A DNA stretch of 64,000 nt from an uncultured candidate division WWE3 bacterium (GCA_903879985.1 CAIRNR010000004.1:32762-96761), one strand, 5' to 3'. Shown: positions 25,869-35,779, numbered from the stretch's first letter. Numbers and translations are program-made. Notes: generated by a model not told the origin, from the letters alone.

Positions 25869-28800
25869 ATGAAGAATGTGCGCATGCCCAAAAGTTTAAA
25901 AGTTCTTATTTTTGGAGTACTTTTTAGTATTCTCTATGTTGGGGCTGCCTCTAAAGTTATGGCAGCTCCTGCCGAATACCAACGCTGTGGACGCGGTGGT
26001 AGTTGTGAAATCGGTGAATTCTTATACGACGATTCATATTCGCCGATTACAACTGCGGGTATTTGTATTCTTACAAGTCGTACTTCATCTGGAAGCGTTT
26101 ATGCCGATCCTCCTTCAATAATGACTTCTTCCAGTGCGGGAGATGGTTGGTATTCATCTAACTGGACAGTTGGCGGTGCTCAAACCGAAGGACTTTATCC
26201 CACAACAGTTTGTTGTACTCCTGTTGGAGAAAATAAAATTTGTATCGATAAATCTTTTGTTATTGGTACAACTTTATTATCTGGCTCGGAAGTAGCCAAT
26301 GCCGTTTGGGATTCACAAACCAGCGATCACACAGGCGCAGGAACTTTTGGAAATGTATTAGGAAATATTTTATATAACATTTGGAATTACGGTACGCGCT
26401 CATTAACTTCTGCAACATTAGCCCTAGGAGAACAATTAGCTGTTAAATCTGAAGTAAATTCATCCATTACTGCATCACAAACAGCTGTCACAAGTGCTGT
26501 TAGTGGTTCACAGGGGTTGGTTATAGCAAATCAGAACTCAAATACAGGAACAGTTACCAGCGCCGTCACAGGTTCACAAGGTTTAGTGATCGCTAACCAA
26601 AATTCCAATACGGCTAGCGTAAACAGCGCGGTTGCAGGCTCTCAAGGATTGATTATTGCAAATCAAAATTCCAATACCGGAACAGTTACAAGTGCTGTTA
26701 GTGGTTCACAAGGATTAATTATTGCAAATCAAAATTCCAATACGGATAGTGTCAACAGTGCAGTTACAGGATCACAAGGTTTGGTAATTGCCAACCAAAC
26801 TGCCAATACATCTACAATTACCGGTTGGATAACTAGTACGCTCGCCGCACTACAAGCCGCAATACTTGGACAACAATCAAGCGATACCTCGTCATTAGCA
26901 GGCACTGTAACAAGTGCTATGTCTGGTTCACAAAACGCAATTATTGCCAATCAAAATTCAAATACAGATACCGTTACAAGTGCTGTTACTGGGTCTCAAG
27001 GTTTGGTAATCGCAAATCAAACAGCTAACACAAATACAATCACTGGTTGGATAACAAGTACGCTTGCATCATTACAAGCCGCAATACTTGGACAACAGTC
27101 ATCAGATACTTCTACATTGGCAGGAACCGTTACCAGCGCCGTCACAGGTTCACAAGGTTTAGTTATAGCAAATCAAAATTCAAATACTGGTACAGTTACA
27201 AGTTCAGTTTCCGTTGCACAAAACGCAATTATCGGAAACCAAAATTCAGCAACAGGAGTAATAACAGGCGCAGTTTCAAGTTCAGTATCGGCAGCTCAAG
27301 GTGCAATATTAGGTCAACAAACATCTGACACATCAACAATAACCGGTGCAATAACGGCAGGAACAGGCACAGTTACCAGCGCTGTTAGTGGTTCACAGGG
27401 CTTAATAATTGCCAGCCAAAGTGCTGCAACGGGCACAATAACAGGTGCAGTTTCAAGTTCTGTTTCTGGAGCACAAGCTGCAATTTTAGGTCAACAAACA
27501 TCTGATACTTCAACGCTTTTAGCACAAATGCTCGCAGACAAAACCTACTTGGGAAATGCAGTTACTTCTTCTCAATCAGCAATTATGGGACCCTCTGCTA
27601 AAAATCTAACGCAAATTGCAACAGGTGTTTCCGGATTACAATCAACAGCAGATTCTATTTCCACAAAAGTAGATTCATTGCAAACATCTATAGGTACGGT
27701 GGATACGAATGTTGACTCACTAATAACCAATTGGAATAATCTAGATTTGTCTCAGGTTTCTAGTGCCATGAGCGCAATAAGTACAAGCTTAGGTACTATT
27801 TCAGACGGATGTGCAAGTACAACTACTGTTTTTGGTGATATTCGCTGTTTAAAGGATAAATGGGGAGTTCAAGATGCCTCATCTTTGTATAATGCCGCAA
27901 ATAATGCTTATACAACATCTATAGCACTTCAGGGTGAATTGGATTATAACCAAAAATCGACAACAGCTTATAAAGATTTACAAAATTTAAAAACTTATGT
28001 GTTAGCTCTTCAAACTTCCTTAGGTACCGAAGCTGACGCGGCAACAGTGCCTACTATTTTTGGGCGTATTAAAAAATCTCAAGATACATTGGCAAATTTA
28101 AATACATCGGGAACCGGACTTGACGATTTACTAAGCAAGTGGGGTTCTTATGATGCCGCCGATATATATAACAAGGTTAAAAATCTTTCTGATGATATAG
28201 AAAAGGTTAATACAGTTCCCGACGTAGATTCGATTTTAAAATTATCTAAACAAAACTCTTCAGATATGAAAGAGTTGAAAAATACAACTTACGCATTAAA
28301 GGCTGTTGTAGATGTTAACAGAGTTTTACTTGATAAATTTTCAAATTCTCCAATTGTAAAAACATGGCTTGAAGATGGCTCGGTAATTTTCAAAACATTA
28401 ATTACTAACCCATCAACTATTTCTAAACAAACAGTTCCTCTAAAATTTTATCTACCTAAAGAAACCAGAAAAGAAGATTTAATTAAAGTAGATACAGGTT
28501 TGAATGTTGAATTTGATTCAAAAGAAGATGCATTTTTTGTTAGTGGTTTATTCCCATTAAATCCTGGTGAAACAAAAATAGTAGCTGTTGAGGTTAAGGA
28601 TGTTTGGAAAATAAATACAACTGAATTGGATTCATTAAGAATGCAAGCCGAAGATTTATCTGTTCCTCTAAAAGATAGTTCGTTTTTTGCGCAAGGTGTA
28701 ACTCTTAAGTCGGATATCGTCGTACGACTTGACGATATTAAACGTTTGCAAAGCGAGGCTTATACACCAGAAGATCGTATCAAAACTTTCAGAGACAATA

Positions 28801-29819
28801 TGACGCAATTAAGTTCTATTAAGCTTGAAATGGGAGAACTTAAATCATTAGTCGCGCAATCAGCGTCATCTAAGAATTTATTAGGATTTGTTGGCGGCGC
28901 ACAAGTTTCATCTATTTGGGGAATCGTGTTTGTATTACTCGCTGCCTTTGGATTTATTTTGATTTATACCAAGTTCTTGCTGGGTGCATTTAAACCTAAA
29001 GGAAAAGTTAAAAATGAGGTTCAGGAAACAACAACCAGCATTGGAATGCCCGATTTACCAGAACAAAAGAAAGTACTTCCAAATATTGTGTTGCCAGCTT
29101 TACCAAAGCCAACATTTGCTAAACTATCGATGAATGTCCATGTACTAAAATTGGTATTTATATCTGTAGCTTCATTTGCTGTAATGGGTGCAGGCGTATG
29201 GTTTATGTTAACAAGATTAACGCCAAGTAAACCTGTGTCTGTTCCACAAGAAATTAAAAAGGAAATAACACCTACGGTAGCTGAAGAACCAACTAATGTT
29301 GATTCTGCACCAAACGAAACTCAGATAACCACAGAAAAATCTGTATTGGGAGCTCAAAGTACAAATGTAGTAATCACAATTCCTTCATATTCCGACGGCG
29401 TAAATGTACGACAACAACCTGATATTACTTCTCCAGTATTAATTAGATATAACAAGGATACAGAGGTAATAAAATATTCTGAATCTGGAACTTGGACAGA
29501 AGTAGGAATAGATTTAACAGTTGCTGGTGTTAACTACACCCGTGGTTGGGTAAGCACTGGTTTAATTACAGTTCCTTCTTCCGTAAAGGTTGTTGCACCG
29601 GCAGATACCGATGGAGTAAATGTTAGAGCAAAGCCCGGATTAAGCTCTGACGTTATTGGTATCACTCCAGTTGAGTTTAATACAGTTAAATATGGTGAAT
29701 CCGCGGACGCCGATTGGGTTGAGATAGAAGTTGATATGAAAAAAGATGATACTAAATACACAAGAGGCTGGGTTAATAAGCAGTTTGTACAAAAAGCTGA
29801 ATCTACTCCATCATTATAA
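25869..29819 (+). CDS. Giant (1316 aa) secreted repeat protein with two late TM segments and tandem C-terminal SH3b domains.
   Basis: It has a Sec signal peptide, a Cys-rich head, about fifteen 22-aa repeats (VTSAVTGSQGLVIANQNSNTGT), a long helical or coiled region, two hydrophobic segments (around 28.90-28.97 kb and 29.13-29.21 kb), then two SH3_3-like modules (DGVNVR...YTRGWV, twice). Confidence 0.6.
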   Translation: MKNVRMPKSLKVLIFGVLFSILYVGAASKVMAAPAEYQRCGRGGSCEIGEFLYDDSYSPITTAGICILTSRTSSGSVYADPPSIMTSSSAGDGWYSSNWTVGGAQTEGLYPTTVCCTPVGENKICIDKSFVIGTTLLSGSEVANAVWDSQTSDHTGAGTFGNVLGNILYNIWNYGTRSLTSATLALGEQLAVKSEVNSSITASQTAVTSAVSGSQGLVIANQNSNTGTVTSAVTGSQGLVIANQNSNTASVNSAVAGSQGLIIANQNSNTGTVTSAVSGSQGLIIANQNSNTDSVNSAVTGSQGLVIANQTANTSTITGWITSTLAALQAAILGQQSSDTSSLAGTVTSAMSGSQNAIIANQNSNTDTVTSAVTGSQGLVIANQTANTNTITGWITSTLASLQAAILGQQSSDTSTLAGTVTSAVTGSQGLVIANQNSNTGTVTSSVSVAQNAIIGNQNSATGVITGAVSSSVSAAQGAILGQQTSDTSTITGAITAGTGTVTSAVSGSQGLIIASQSAATGTITGAVSSSVSGAQAAILGQQTSDTSTLLAQMLADKTYLGNAVTSSQSAIMGPSAKNLTQIATGVSGLQSTADSISTKVDSLQTSIGTVDTNVDSLITNWNNLDLSQVSSAMSAISTSLGTISDGCASTTTVFGDIRCLKDKWGVQDASSLYNAANNAYTTSIALQGELDYNQKSTTAYKDLQNLKTYVLALQTSLGTEADAATVPTIFGRIKKSQDTLANLNTSGTGLDDLLSKWGSYDAADIYNKVKNLSDDIEKVNTVPDVDSILKLSKQNSSDMKELKNTTYALKAVVDVNRVLLDKFSNSPIVKTWLEDGSVIFKTLITNPSTISKQTVPLKFYLPKETRKEDLIKVDTGLNVEFDSKEDAFFVSGLFPLNPGETKIVAVEVKDVWKINTTELDSLRMQAEDLSVPLKDSSFFAQGVTLKSDIVVRLDDIKRLQSEAYTPEDRIKTFRDNMTQLSSIKLEMGELKSLVAQSASSKNLLGFVGGAQVSSIWGIVFVLLAAFGFILIYTKFLLGAFKPKGKVKNEVQETTTSIGMPDLPEQKKVLPNIVLPALPKPTFAKLSMNVHVLKLVFISVASFAVMGAGVWFMLTRLTPSKPVSVPQEIKKEITPTVAEEPTNVDSAPNETQITTEKSVLGAQSTNVVITIPSYSDGVNVRQQPDITSPVLIRYNKDTEVIKYSESGTWTEVGIDLTVAGVNYTRGWVSTGLITVPSSVKVVAPADTDGVNVRAKPGLSSDVIGITPVEFNTVKYGESADADWVEIEVDMKKDDTKYTRGWVNKQFVQKAESTPSL
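26470..27510 (+). repeat. In-frame tandem repeat array with a 66-nt (22-aa) period, about 15 units with degenerate spacers.
   Basis: Direct reading: VTSAV[ST]GSQGL[VI]IANQNSNT[GD][TS] repeats, interspersed with ITGWITSTLAALQAAILGQQSSDTS units. Confidence 0.7.
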
Positions 29820-31302
29820 GTGGTTCTTCACCTTCAAAGTCTCGTTTACTTTCCTTAACAAATAATGCTGATAAACTTCCGACGAACATAAATGCTACTG
29901 CAGTTTTAAATACCGTAGCAAAAGATAAGATATTTGCCTTGACGGCCATTAAAGCTACAACTTCACCGTATATAGCCTGAGAATGCGCGTTAATAATTGT
30001 ATGTTGCTGTAAAGCTAATAAATTACTGTTAAAACTGTTGGTTAGGATTGTTGCAAATATAGCGATACCAAAAGCTCCGGCGATGTTACGTGCTAATGCT
30101 AAAACCGATGAAGCAATTCCGATTTCGTGAACAGGTACTGTTGATGTAGCGGCATTTGTTAATGGAGACATTCCCAAACCAAGTCCAAAAGCCATAACAA
30201 ACATGCGTATTGCAATATCCACGCCGGTCCACTTAACGTCTATTTGAGAAAACAAAGCCATGGCTATTGCACCAATAAACATTCCTACTGCAACTAGATA
30301 TCTTGGTTCAAATTTTGATGCTAGTTTTCCTCCAAGTGGCGCAGCGATTAACATACCAATTGCCATTGGTATAAATAATAAGCCTGTTTGAGTAACCGTA
30401 TATCCCATGTAGTTTTGTATAAAAATTGGAAGAATAAACATTCCGCCCATCATTCCCATGAATGAAATAAATGAAGTTACTATTGCTGCACTAAATGACG
30501 GAATCTTAAAAAACTTTAGGTCTACAACCGGTTCTTTAGCTCTTTGCTCAATAAGTACAAATCCAACAAATGACAAAGTAGTGACGATATAAGTGATAAT
30601 ACTGTTTGCACTCCCCCATCCCCAACCTTGACCTTGATCTAATACTAAAACCAAAGCTCCCAATGAAAGTCCTAAAGTTAGTGCACCTGCAATATCAAAG
30701 TTTTTCAATCCTTTAACTTCTTTGACTGGCTCGTCGATATATTTAATAGCCATAAAAGTACCAATCATTCCGATAGGAACGTTTATATAAAATACTGATC
30801 TCCATGAGAATGTGTCTATTAGAGGACCGCCCAATAATGGGCCAAATACTGCGGCAACAGCAAATATTGCTGACCACAAGCCCATTGCTTGAGCTCTCTG
30901 ACTTTTATCTTGAAATGTATGAGCAACAATAGAAAGTGCTATTGGATAATCGATTGAAACGGTGATAGCTTGAAGGACGCGGAATAAAAGTAAAGATTGT
31001 AAGTTAAAAGACAATCCAGCTAACATTGAGGTTACAACAAAGCCAACTATACCAAAAATGTATAAAGCTTTTCTTCCAATTAAGTCGCCGAGCTTTCCGA
31101 ATATTGGAACAAAAATCGCATTTGCAATTATGTAGCCTGTTGAAATCCAGCTTGCTTGAGAAACAGTTATACCAAAGTCTTTAATAATTTTTGGAAAGGC
31201 TAGGTTTACAATAGTACCGTCAAGTCGCCCTAAAAAACTGGCGATCATTACGGTTGCAAGCACTACCCATTGGTTTTTGTGAAATACTGTTTTTTCGGCC
31301 AT
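29803..31302 (-). CDS. MFS transporter, DHA2 (EmrB/QacA-like, 14 TM) family.
   Basis: It has 14 predicted TM helices and an MFS motif A-like region, GKLGDLIGRK. It is co-operonic with HlyD-type adaptors and a MarR regulator. Confidence 0.7.
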   Translation of the reverse strand: MAEKTVFHKNQWVVLATVMIASFLGRLDGTIVNLAFPKIIKDFGITVSQASWISTGYIIANAIFVPIFGKLGDLIGRKALYIFGIVGFVVTSMLAGLSFNLQSLLLFRVLQAITVSIDYPIALSIVAHTFQDKSQRAQAMGLWSAIFAVAAVFGPLLGGPLIDTFSWRSVFYINVPIGMIGTFMAIKYIDEPVKEVKGLKNFDIAGALTLGLSLGALVLVLDQGQGWGWGSANSIITYIVTTLSFVGFVLIEQRAKEPVVDLKFFKIPSFSAAIVTSFISFMGMMGGMFILPIFIQNYMGYTVTQTGLLFIPMAIGMLIAAPLGGKLASKFEPRYLVAVGMFIGAIAMALFSQIDVKWTGVDIAIRMFVMAFGLGLGMSPLTNAATSTVPVHEIGIASSVLALARNIAGAFGIAIFATILTNSFNSNLLALQQHTIINAHSQAIYGEVVALMAVKANILSFATVFKTAVAFMFVGSLSALFVKESKRDFEGEEPLIMME

Positions 31303-31332
31303 AGTTTATTCTTTGTGCTTAGACAACGGTTG

Positions 31333-31965
31333 TTACTTTGTGAACACAGTCATTTTTGCAGACATTCCGTTTTTAATTTCAGGATATTGTTCTGAATTGA
31401 ATTTTGCGAACACTTCAAACTGTTGTGTTGGACGTGTGCCTGAAATAGAAAATGCAGCTTGTGTTTGTTTAGCACTTTCACCTACTTCATCAACGTATCC
31501 CCAAAAAGTTTTTCCAGGTAAGGCATCGACTGTAAATGAAACGACCTGTCCGATTTTAATTTGATTTAAACCTTTGTTTTCGTCTATGGTTCCGTTAATT
31601 CTCATTTGAGTAGTGTCTATCATTTGAACAACCGGAACTTGTGCGGACACGATACTTCCTATTTGTTGATTTGTGTTTGATACTATTCCGTCGGAATAAG
31701 ATCGAATAACTTCTGAACCAACAACGCCTAAAACGTCACCTTTTTTAACTTTTTGACCTTCGATAACGTCAACACTTATAAGTTTTCCAGGCACGGTTGC
31801 TGACAATGATGTTATTGGTGCATCAACAAGAGAGTTTTCTATAGAAACTCTGGATGTTGTTTTTAATAAAAATAATGTTGTCCCGAAAATAATTCCAATA
31901 GCCAAAACAATTAATAATGTTCTTACGAATATTTTGTTTTTTAATGCATTTAATAAGTTTTTCAT
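31333..31965 (-). CDS. Short HlyD/EmrA-like membrane fusion protein (biotin-lipoyl-like plus beta-barrel, no long coiled coil).
   Basis: It has an N-terminal TM helix and periplasmic adaptor-like beta-rich sequence. Confidence 0.45.
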   Translation of the reverse strand: MKNLLNALKNKIFVRTLLIVLAIGIIFGTTLFLLKTTSRVSIENSLVDAPITSLSATVPGKLISVDVIEGQKVKKGDVLGVVGSEVIRSYSDGIVSNTNQQIGSIVSAQVPVVQMIDTTQMRINGTIDENKGLNQIKIGQVVSFTVDALPGKTFWGYVDEVGESAKQTQAAFSISGTRPTQQFEVFAKFNSEQYPEIKNGMSAKMTVFTK

Positions 31966-31989
31966 AATATTTTTTTAAGTGTATATACC

Positions 31990-33126
31990 TTATAAAACTA
32001 AGTACTTTTTGCTAACTATTGTTGATGGATCAACGATTATTTTGTCGTTAGCGTTTAATCCACTTACTATTTCGGTATATGCACCGTTTACGTTTCCGAT
32101 AACAACCTGTTTTAATACAGCGCTGCCGTTTTCTTCAACCCAAATATTTTGACCATTTAAGATCAGCCATGTTGGTGCTAAGAAAACTTGTTTATCATAA
32201 ATGTTTGTAATAAATGCAACACCACCTTGTTTATATTTTCCAAGTGTTGGGATTTGGTCACTCGCGATATCGACCTGATATACATTTTCTCCATTAGGCA
32301 AAGAAAGTTTATCCGGATAAATTTTAATAACGGTTCCGTCAAAAGTTTGGTCTTGCATACCGTTTAATTTTATTGTTGCCTTAGCTCCTCCACTTACATA
32401 ATTGATTTCATCTTCAGAAATATTAACTCTAAACACCAAAGCTTTTGGATCGATAATATTAAAGGTTGTTGAAGGTGTAGCCATTACGTATGGTGTATTT
32501 ATATCTTCGTGAGTAATAACACCGTTAAATGGTGCGTTAATTGATGCAAGTGTTAAAGCATACTGAGCTAACTCTATTTGAATAGCTGCATTATTAACAT
32601 TGTCTTTACTTTGTTGTCTCAAATGATCTACTGCTGTTTGAATAGCATCTGCTTTTTCATCGCCTTTTATCCCAGCTATTTGATAGTAGTCATAAGGATA
32701 AACTAATTGGGATTTTAATACTTTATCGTTAGCATTAGCTTTTGTTTGTTTGTAGGCTGCGTTTGCGGCATCGTAATTATTCATTGCTGCTTCAAGTTGT
32801 TTTTGGATTGTATATGTATCGAGTGATGCAATGGTCTGGCCTTGTTTAACGGTTGTTCCTTCTTTAAATGGAAGGTATACAACTTTACCTCCTGTTTGAA
32901 AATGTAATGAAGCTTCGTTTTGCGAACGAACAAATCCTTCTACCATTATTTGTGAATTAACAGCTTTAAGGTTAACTGTTTCAGATTTAATTTCTGAATT
33001 TTTGCTTTTTGTAATAAGTTTTGCTACTCCAAAGAATGTCCCTGTAGCAATTACTACCATAATGGCTAGCGAAATAATTAAATTTTTTGAAATACGCGTT
33101 TTCATATTATTTACCTTCCTTTTCAA
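31990..33126 (-). CDS. HlyD-family efflux periplasmic adaptor (membrane fusion protein).
   Basis: It has an N-terminal TM helix, a coiled-coil central part (AAMNNYDAANAAYKQTK...) and a C-terminal beta domain. Confidence 0.55.
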   Translation of the reverse strand: MKRKVNNMKTRISKNLIISLAIMVVIATGTFFGVAKLITKSKNSEIKSETVNLKAVNSQIMVEGFVRSQNEASLHFQTGGKVVYLPFKEGTTVKQGQTIASLDTYTIQKQLEAAMNNYDAANAAYKQTKANANDKVLKSQLVYPYDYYQIAGIKGDEKADAIQTAVDHLRQQSKDNVNNAAIQIELAQYALTLASINAPFNGVITHEDINTPYVMATPSTTFNIIDPKALVFRVNISEDEINYVSGGAKATIKLNGMQDQTFDGTVIKIYPDKLSLPNGENVYQVDIASDQIPTLGKYKQGGVAFITNIYDKQVFLAPTWLILNGQNIWVEENGSAVLKQVVIGNVNGAYTEIVSGLNANDKIIVDPSTIVSKKYLVL

Positions 33127-33553
33127 GTTTTTGATACAACTTTTTTAAAATTTCTAACAAATTACTTTTATCCTGTTCTGAAATGACATTTAATACGTAG
33201 GTCATTCTTTCGACCTTAGCTTTGGTTGATTTTTCTAAATCTTTTTTACCTTTTGTAGTTAATGTAATCAAAACTTTTCTTCTGTCGTTTTCGTCGTCTA
33301 CTCTTTCAACTAATCTGTTAACCAACAATCTGTCTATAAGAACGGTTGCAGTTGGTAGTTTAACATTAAGCTCTTTTGCTAACTGGCTCATTGTGACATT
33401 TTCTTTGTCGGCAATAAGCATTAAAGCTCGTAACTGCAACATACTAAGCTCGTGATCAATAGTCTCATTAAACTTAATATTTTTACCTACGGCTCTAATA
33501 ACCTTGTAGGAAAGTAGTATTATTTCTTGTTCTGATGCTTTTTGTTTAGTCAT
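33107..33553 (-). CDS. MarR-family transcriptional regulator.
   Basis: It has a winged HTH: SQLAKELNVKLPTATVLIDRLLVNRLVERVDDENDRRKVLITLTTKG. Confidence 0.7.
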   Translation of the reverse strand: MTKQKASEQEIILLSYKVIRAVGKNIKFNETIDHELSMLQLRALMLIADKENVTMSQLAKELNVKLPTATVLIDRLLVNRLVERVDDENDRRKVLITLTTKGKKDLEKSTKAKVERMTYVLNVISEQDKSNLLEILKKLYQKLEKEGK

Positions 33554-33624
33554 AAATACACCTATAGTGCTTAACGAAGCTAAAGGTTAGCATCACTTAG
33601 TATTTATGTCAAATTTGGGAAGGT

Positions 33625-34338
33625 TTATTTAGTGTATACGTCAGACCAATTTCCGGTCTTGCATCCGTTAATGGTTCTCATTTTCCAGTAGCCACCGAAC
33701 CATCCAAGAATAGATCCGAGCCCTGTTTTTTCGTGGCCGTCGTTTTTTAGTGTTAATTTAAATGGTAAAAAGGTTTTGGAATATCCAAAGTTTAGTTCAA
33801 CTTTGTTTCCGCCAACAGCAGACCATGTAAGTTGTTCAGTTTGAGAATTGTAACTGGACCATGTTATTAGTGGTGGTTTTGAATCTAGGCAACGTGTATC
33901 TTTTTTAAATGTGTGCGTTGGTTCAGTCGGTGGCGCAAGGAGCGTAAATGTCCACGTGGTATCTGCTTCTGTCATACACGATGGCGAGGATACAGAATAA
34001 TCGTCATTAAGTACGCAATTTGTTCTAAATAACACTGCTCTTATTCTGTGAGTTCCCCCACCGAATGTTTGATTTTCTACAGTCCAATTTCCTTGAGTAT
34101 TAAAAACGTGAAAATTAGTTATAGTATCTATATAAACGACTAATACGTTGCTACTATCAAAGCCTGATGTACCTGTTATATCCACTGGAGCATTAACTGT
34201 AGGTTGTGTTGACTCGTTAATTGATACCTCTAAACTTGGACGGGCATATGTTTTTGAAGTCATTGTTAGAGATAGTAAAAACACTATGGTTAGTGTTTTG
34301 AAAAGTGAAGATTTTATTTTAAAAGAATTAACAGACAT
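33625..34338 (-). CDS. Secreted protein carrying the shared TFKKDTRCL plus Cys-bracketed C-terminal module (subtype 2).
   Basis: It has a signal peptide. The C-terminal 95 aa are homologous to the C-terminus of the 61429..62805 product (FKKDTRCL...GWFGGYWKMRTINGCKTG). Confidence 0.45.
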   Translation of the reverse strand: MSVNSFKIKSSLFKTLTIVFLLSLTMTSKTYARPSLEVSINESTQPTVNAPVDITGTSGFDSSNVLVVYIDTITNFHVFNTQGNWTVENQTFGGGTHRIRAVLFRTNCVLNDDYSVSSPSCMTEADTTWTFTLLAPPTEPTHTFKKDTRCLDSKPPLITWSSYNSQTEQLTWSAVGGNKVELNFGYSKTFLPFKLTLKNDGHEKTGLGSILGWFGGYWKMRTINGCKTGNWSDVYTK

Positions 34339-34350
34339 AGAATAATTTTA

Positions 34351-34743
34351 CTACCTCTTATTCATAAATGTTATGGTCAATTGAAGTGTTGTAGCAAACG
34401 AAACCCACAACAAATAAAAAATGTTTAAATATACCACCCATGGTTTGTATGGCATGATTGCAATAAACGCCCAAAGTATTGTAAATAAAACTAAAATAAT
34501 ATCTGCTGCTGCGAGTTTATTGTTTTTTAAACCAAATTGAATGTATGTGAAAGAAAAGTTAAATATCAAATTTAAGGCAAAGGGTAACGTGATTAGCCAA
34601 GATATTTTTCCCAAAAATGTATCGTAAAATACGCTTCCAAAGCTTACTGCAATGATTATATAAAGGACAGTCCAAACAGGACCAAAAATCCAAGCTGGAG
34701 GTGACCACTTTGGTTTTTTAAGTTTTTGATAATACTTTTGCAC
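34351..34743 (-). CDS. TspO/MBR-like tryptophan-rich membrane protein (short form).
   Basis: The N-terminus KPKWSPPAWIFGPVWTVLYIIIAVSFG matches the TspO start pattern (L-x-K-P-x-W-x-P-P...P-V-W-x-x-L-Y). There are 4 TM helices. Confidence 0.45.
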   Translation of the reverse strand: MQKYYQKLKKPKWSPPAWIFGPVWTVLYIIIAVSFGSVFYDTFLGKISWLITLPFALNLIFNFSFTYIQFGLKNNKLAAADIILVLFTILWAFIAIMPYKPWVVYLNIFYLLWVSFATTLQLTITFMNKR

Positions 34744-34788
34744 TATATTTTAAGTATATGCTTTTGAGAAAAAATAGCTGTACTTAAC

Positions 34789-34817
34789 TTGGGATACTTG
34801 TTAACGCGTGATATACT
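34789..34817 (+). promoter_or_regulatory. Candidate sigma70-like promoter for the 34856 gene.
   Basis: TTGGGA-(17 nt)-TATACT, then RBS AAAGGAGAG before the ATG at 34856. Confidence 0.3.
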
Positions 34818-34855
34818 ATCGGGTATATTGAAGGATAAAATGAAAAGGAGAGATT

Positions 34856-35239
34856 ATGGCAGAGATAGTGAAAGTATTGAAGGCACTAGCCACAACGGAT
34901 GTAATCCCATCAAAGGTTTTTACCTTGGACAAGTTTTACGAAGTTTACACAGCATTGCCCAATGGTATATTGATTTTTAAAGTACAATACCTTTCAGCAG
35001 GAAATATTCCTTGGGTAGTTATTGTAAATGGAGATACTTGGTCTACAGTTGTAAATCCCCGACTTGCTAAGTTGTTTCCCTGCTTGACGGAAATTTTGCC
35101 CGCCGAAATTATCTCCGCTGACTGGTTTTTTGAACATCGTACGAAAATGTCCGCATTGCTTGGCAGAGGTTTGTTTATTTGGCAAGTTCTTAAGTTGGAA
35201 CGTCCTGGCCAAATAGAATGCAGAATTGAAGGTCCTTAA
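34856..35239 (+). CDS. Hypothetical 127-aa protein.
   Basis: It has an RBS, a clean ORF and a terminator immediately downstream. Confidence 0.35.
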   Translation: MAEIVKVLKALATTDVIPSKVFTLDKFYEVYTALPNGILIFKVQYLSAGNIPWVVIVNGDTWSTVVNPRLAKLFPCLTEILPAEIISADWFFEHRTKMSALLGRGLFIWQVLKLERPGQIECRIEGP

Positions 35240-35261
35240 AACAACAAGCCGTAAAAGGAAA

Positions 35262-35303
35262 AGCACCTAAGTTTATTTATATTCTTAGGTGCTTATTTTT
35301 TTG
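35262..35303. terminator. Bidirectional intrinsic terminator.
   Basis: AGCACCTAAG-(13 nt)-CTTAGGTGCT followed by TATTTTTTT. It lies between convergent genes. Confidence 0.6.
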
Positions 35304-35306
35304 TTT

Positions 35307-35693
35307 CTAATGTCTGTGTTTAAACTCATTTTCTGTATTATTTATGGCTATGGCAATTGTTGACACAAAAAAACCAAGCGCAAGTGCAATTACTCCAATG
35401 AAACTTAAATAAAAGTTTATAACCACAAATCCTGACAAAAATATTGCGGCTGATCCAAAAAGAATTATTATTGGCCAGTTTTTGTGGAATATAGGATGTT
35501 GCATGTTGAACACGTCCTTCAATTTAGCATCAGGGCTATATACGATATCTATAACGATCCATGAAAGCAGGATAACTCCAAAGCCTCCAATTATTCCTGC
35601 AAAAGTCGGATTAGCTTCTCTTGTAAAATATGCCGCAAGTGCGCATAAAACAACGCCAATACTTTCACAAACCAACGAAATAATTCTTCCCAT
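35307..35693 (-). CDS. Small membrane protein (4 TM), hypothetical.
   Basis: Hydrophobic ORF. Confidence 0.3.
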   Translation of the reverse strand: MGRIISLVCESIGVVLCALAAYFTREANPTFAGIIGGFGVILLSWIVIDIVYSPDAKLKDVFNMQHPIFHKNWPIIILFGSAAIFLSGFVVINFYLSFIGVIALALGFFVSTIAIAINNTENEFKHRH

Positions 35694-35779
35694 TTTAACT
35701 CCTCCTATTTTTATATGAATATTGTGGCAATTCTATATTTTGTAAATTTATTGTCAAACTTAATTTAAAAAAAGAAAAA

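Noticed and set aside
24958-29819. Twin-arginine signal on the giant protein downstream of tatCA, or on other secreted proteins in the window.
   Set aside because: The 1316-aa protein begins MKNVRMPKSLKVLIF... with no S/T-R-R-x-F-L-K motif. The lipoprotein at 18710 has R-N-R, not RR. No Tat substrate can be named from this window.
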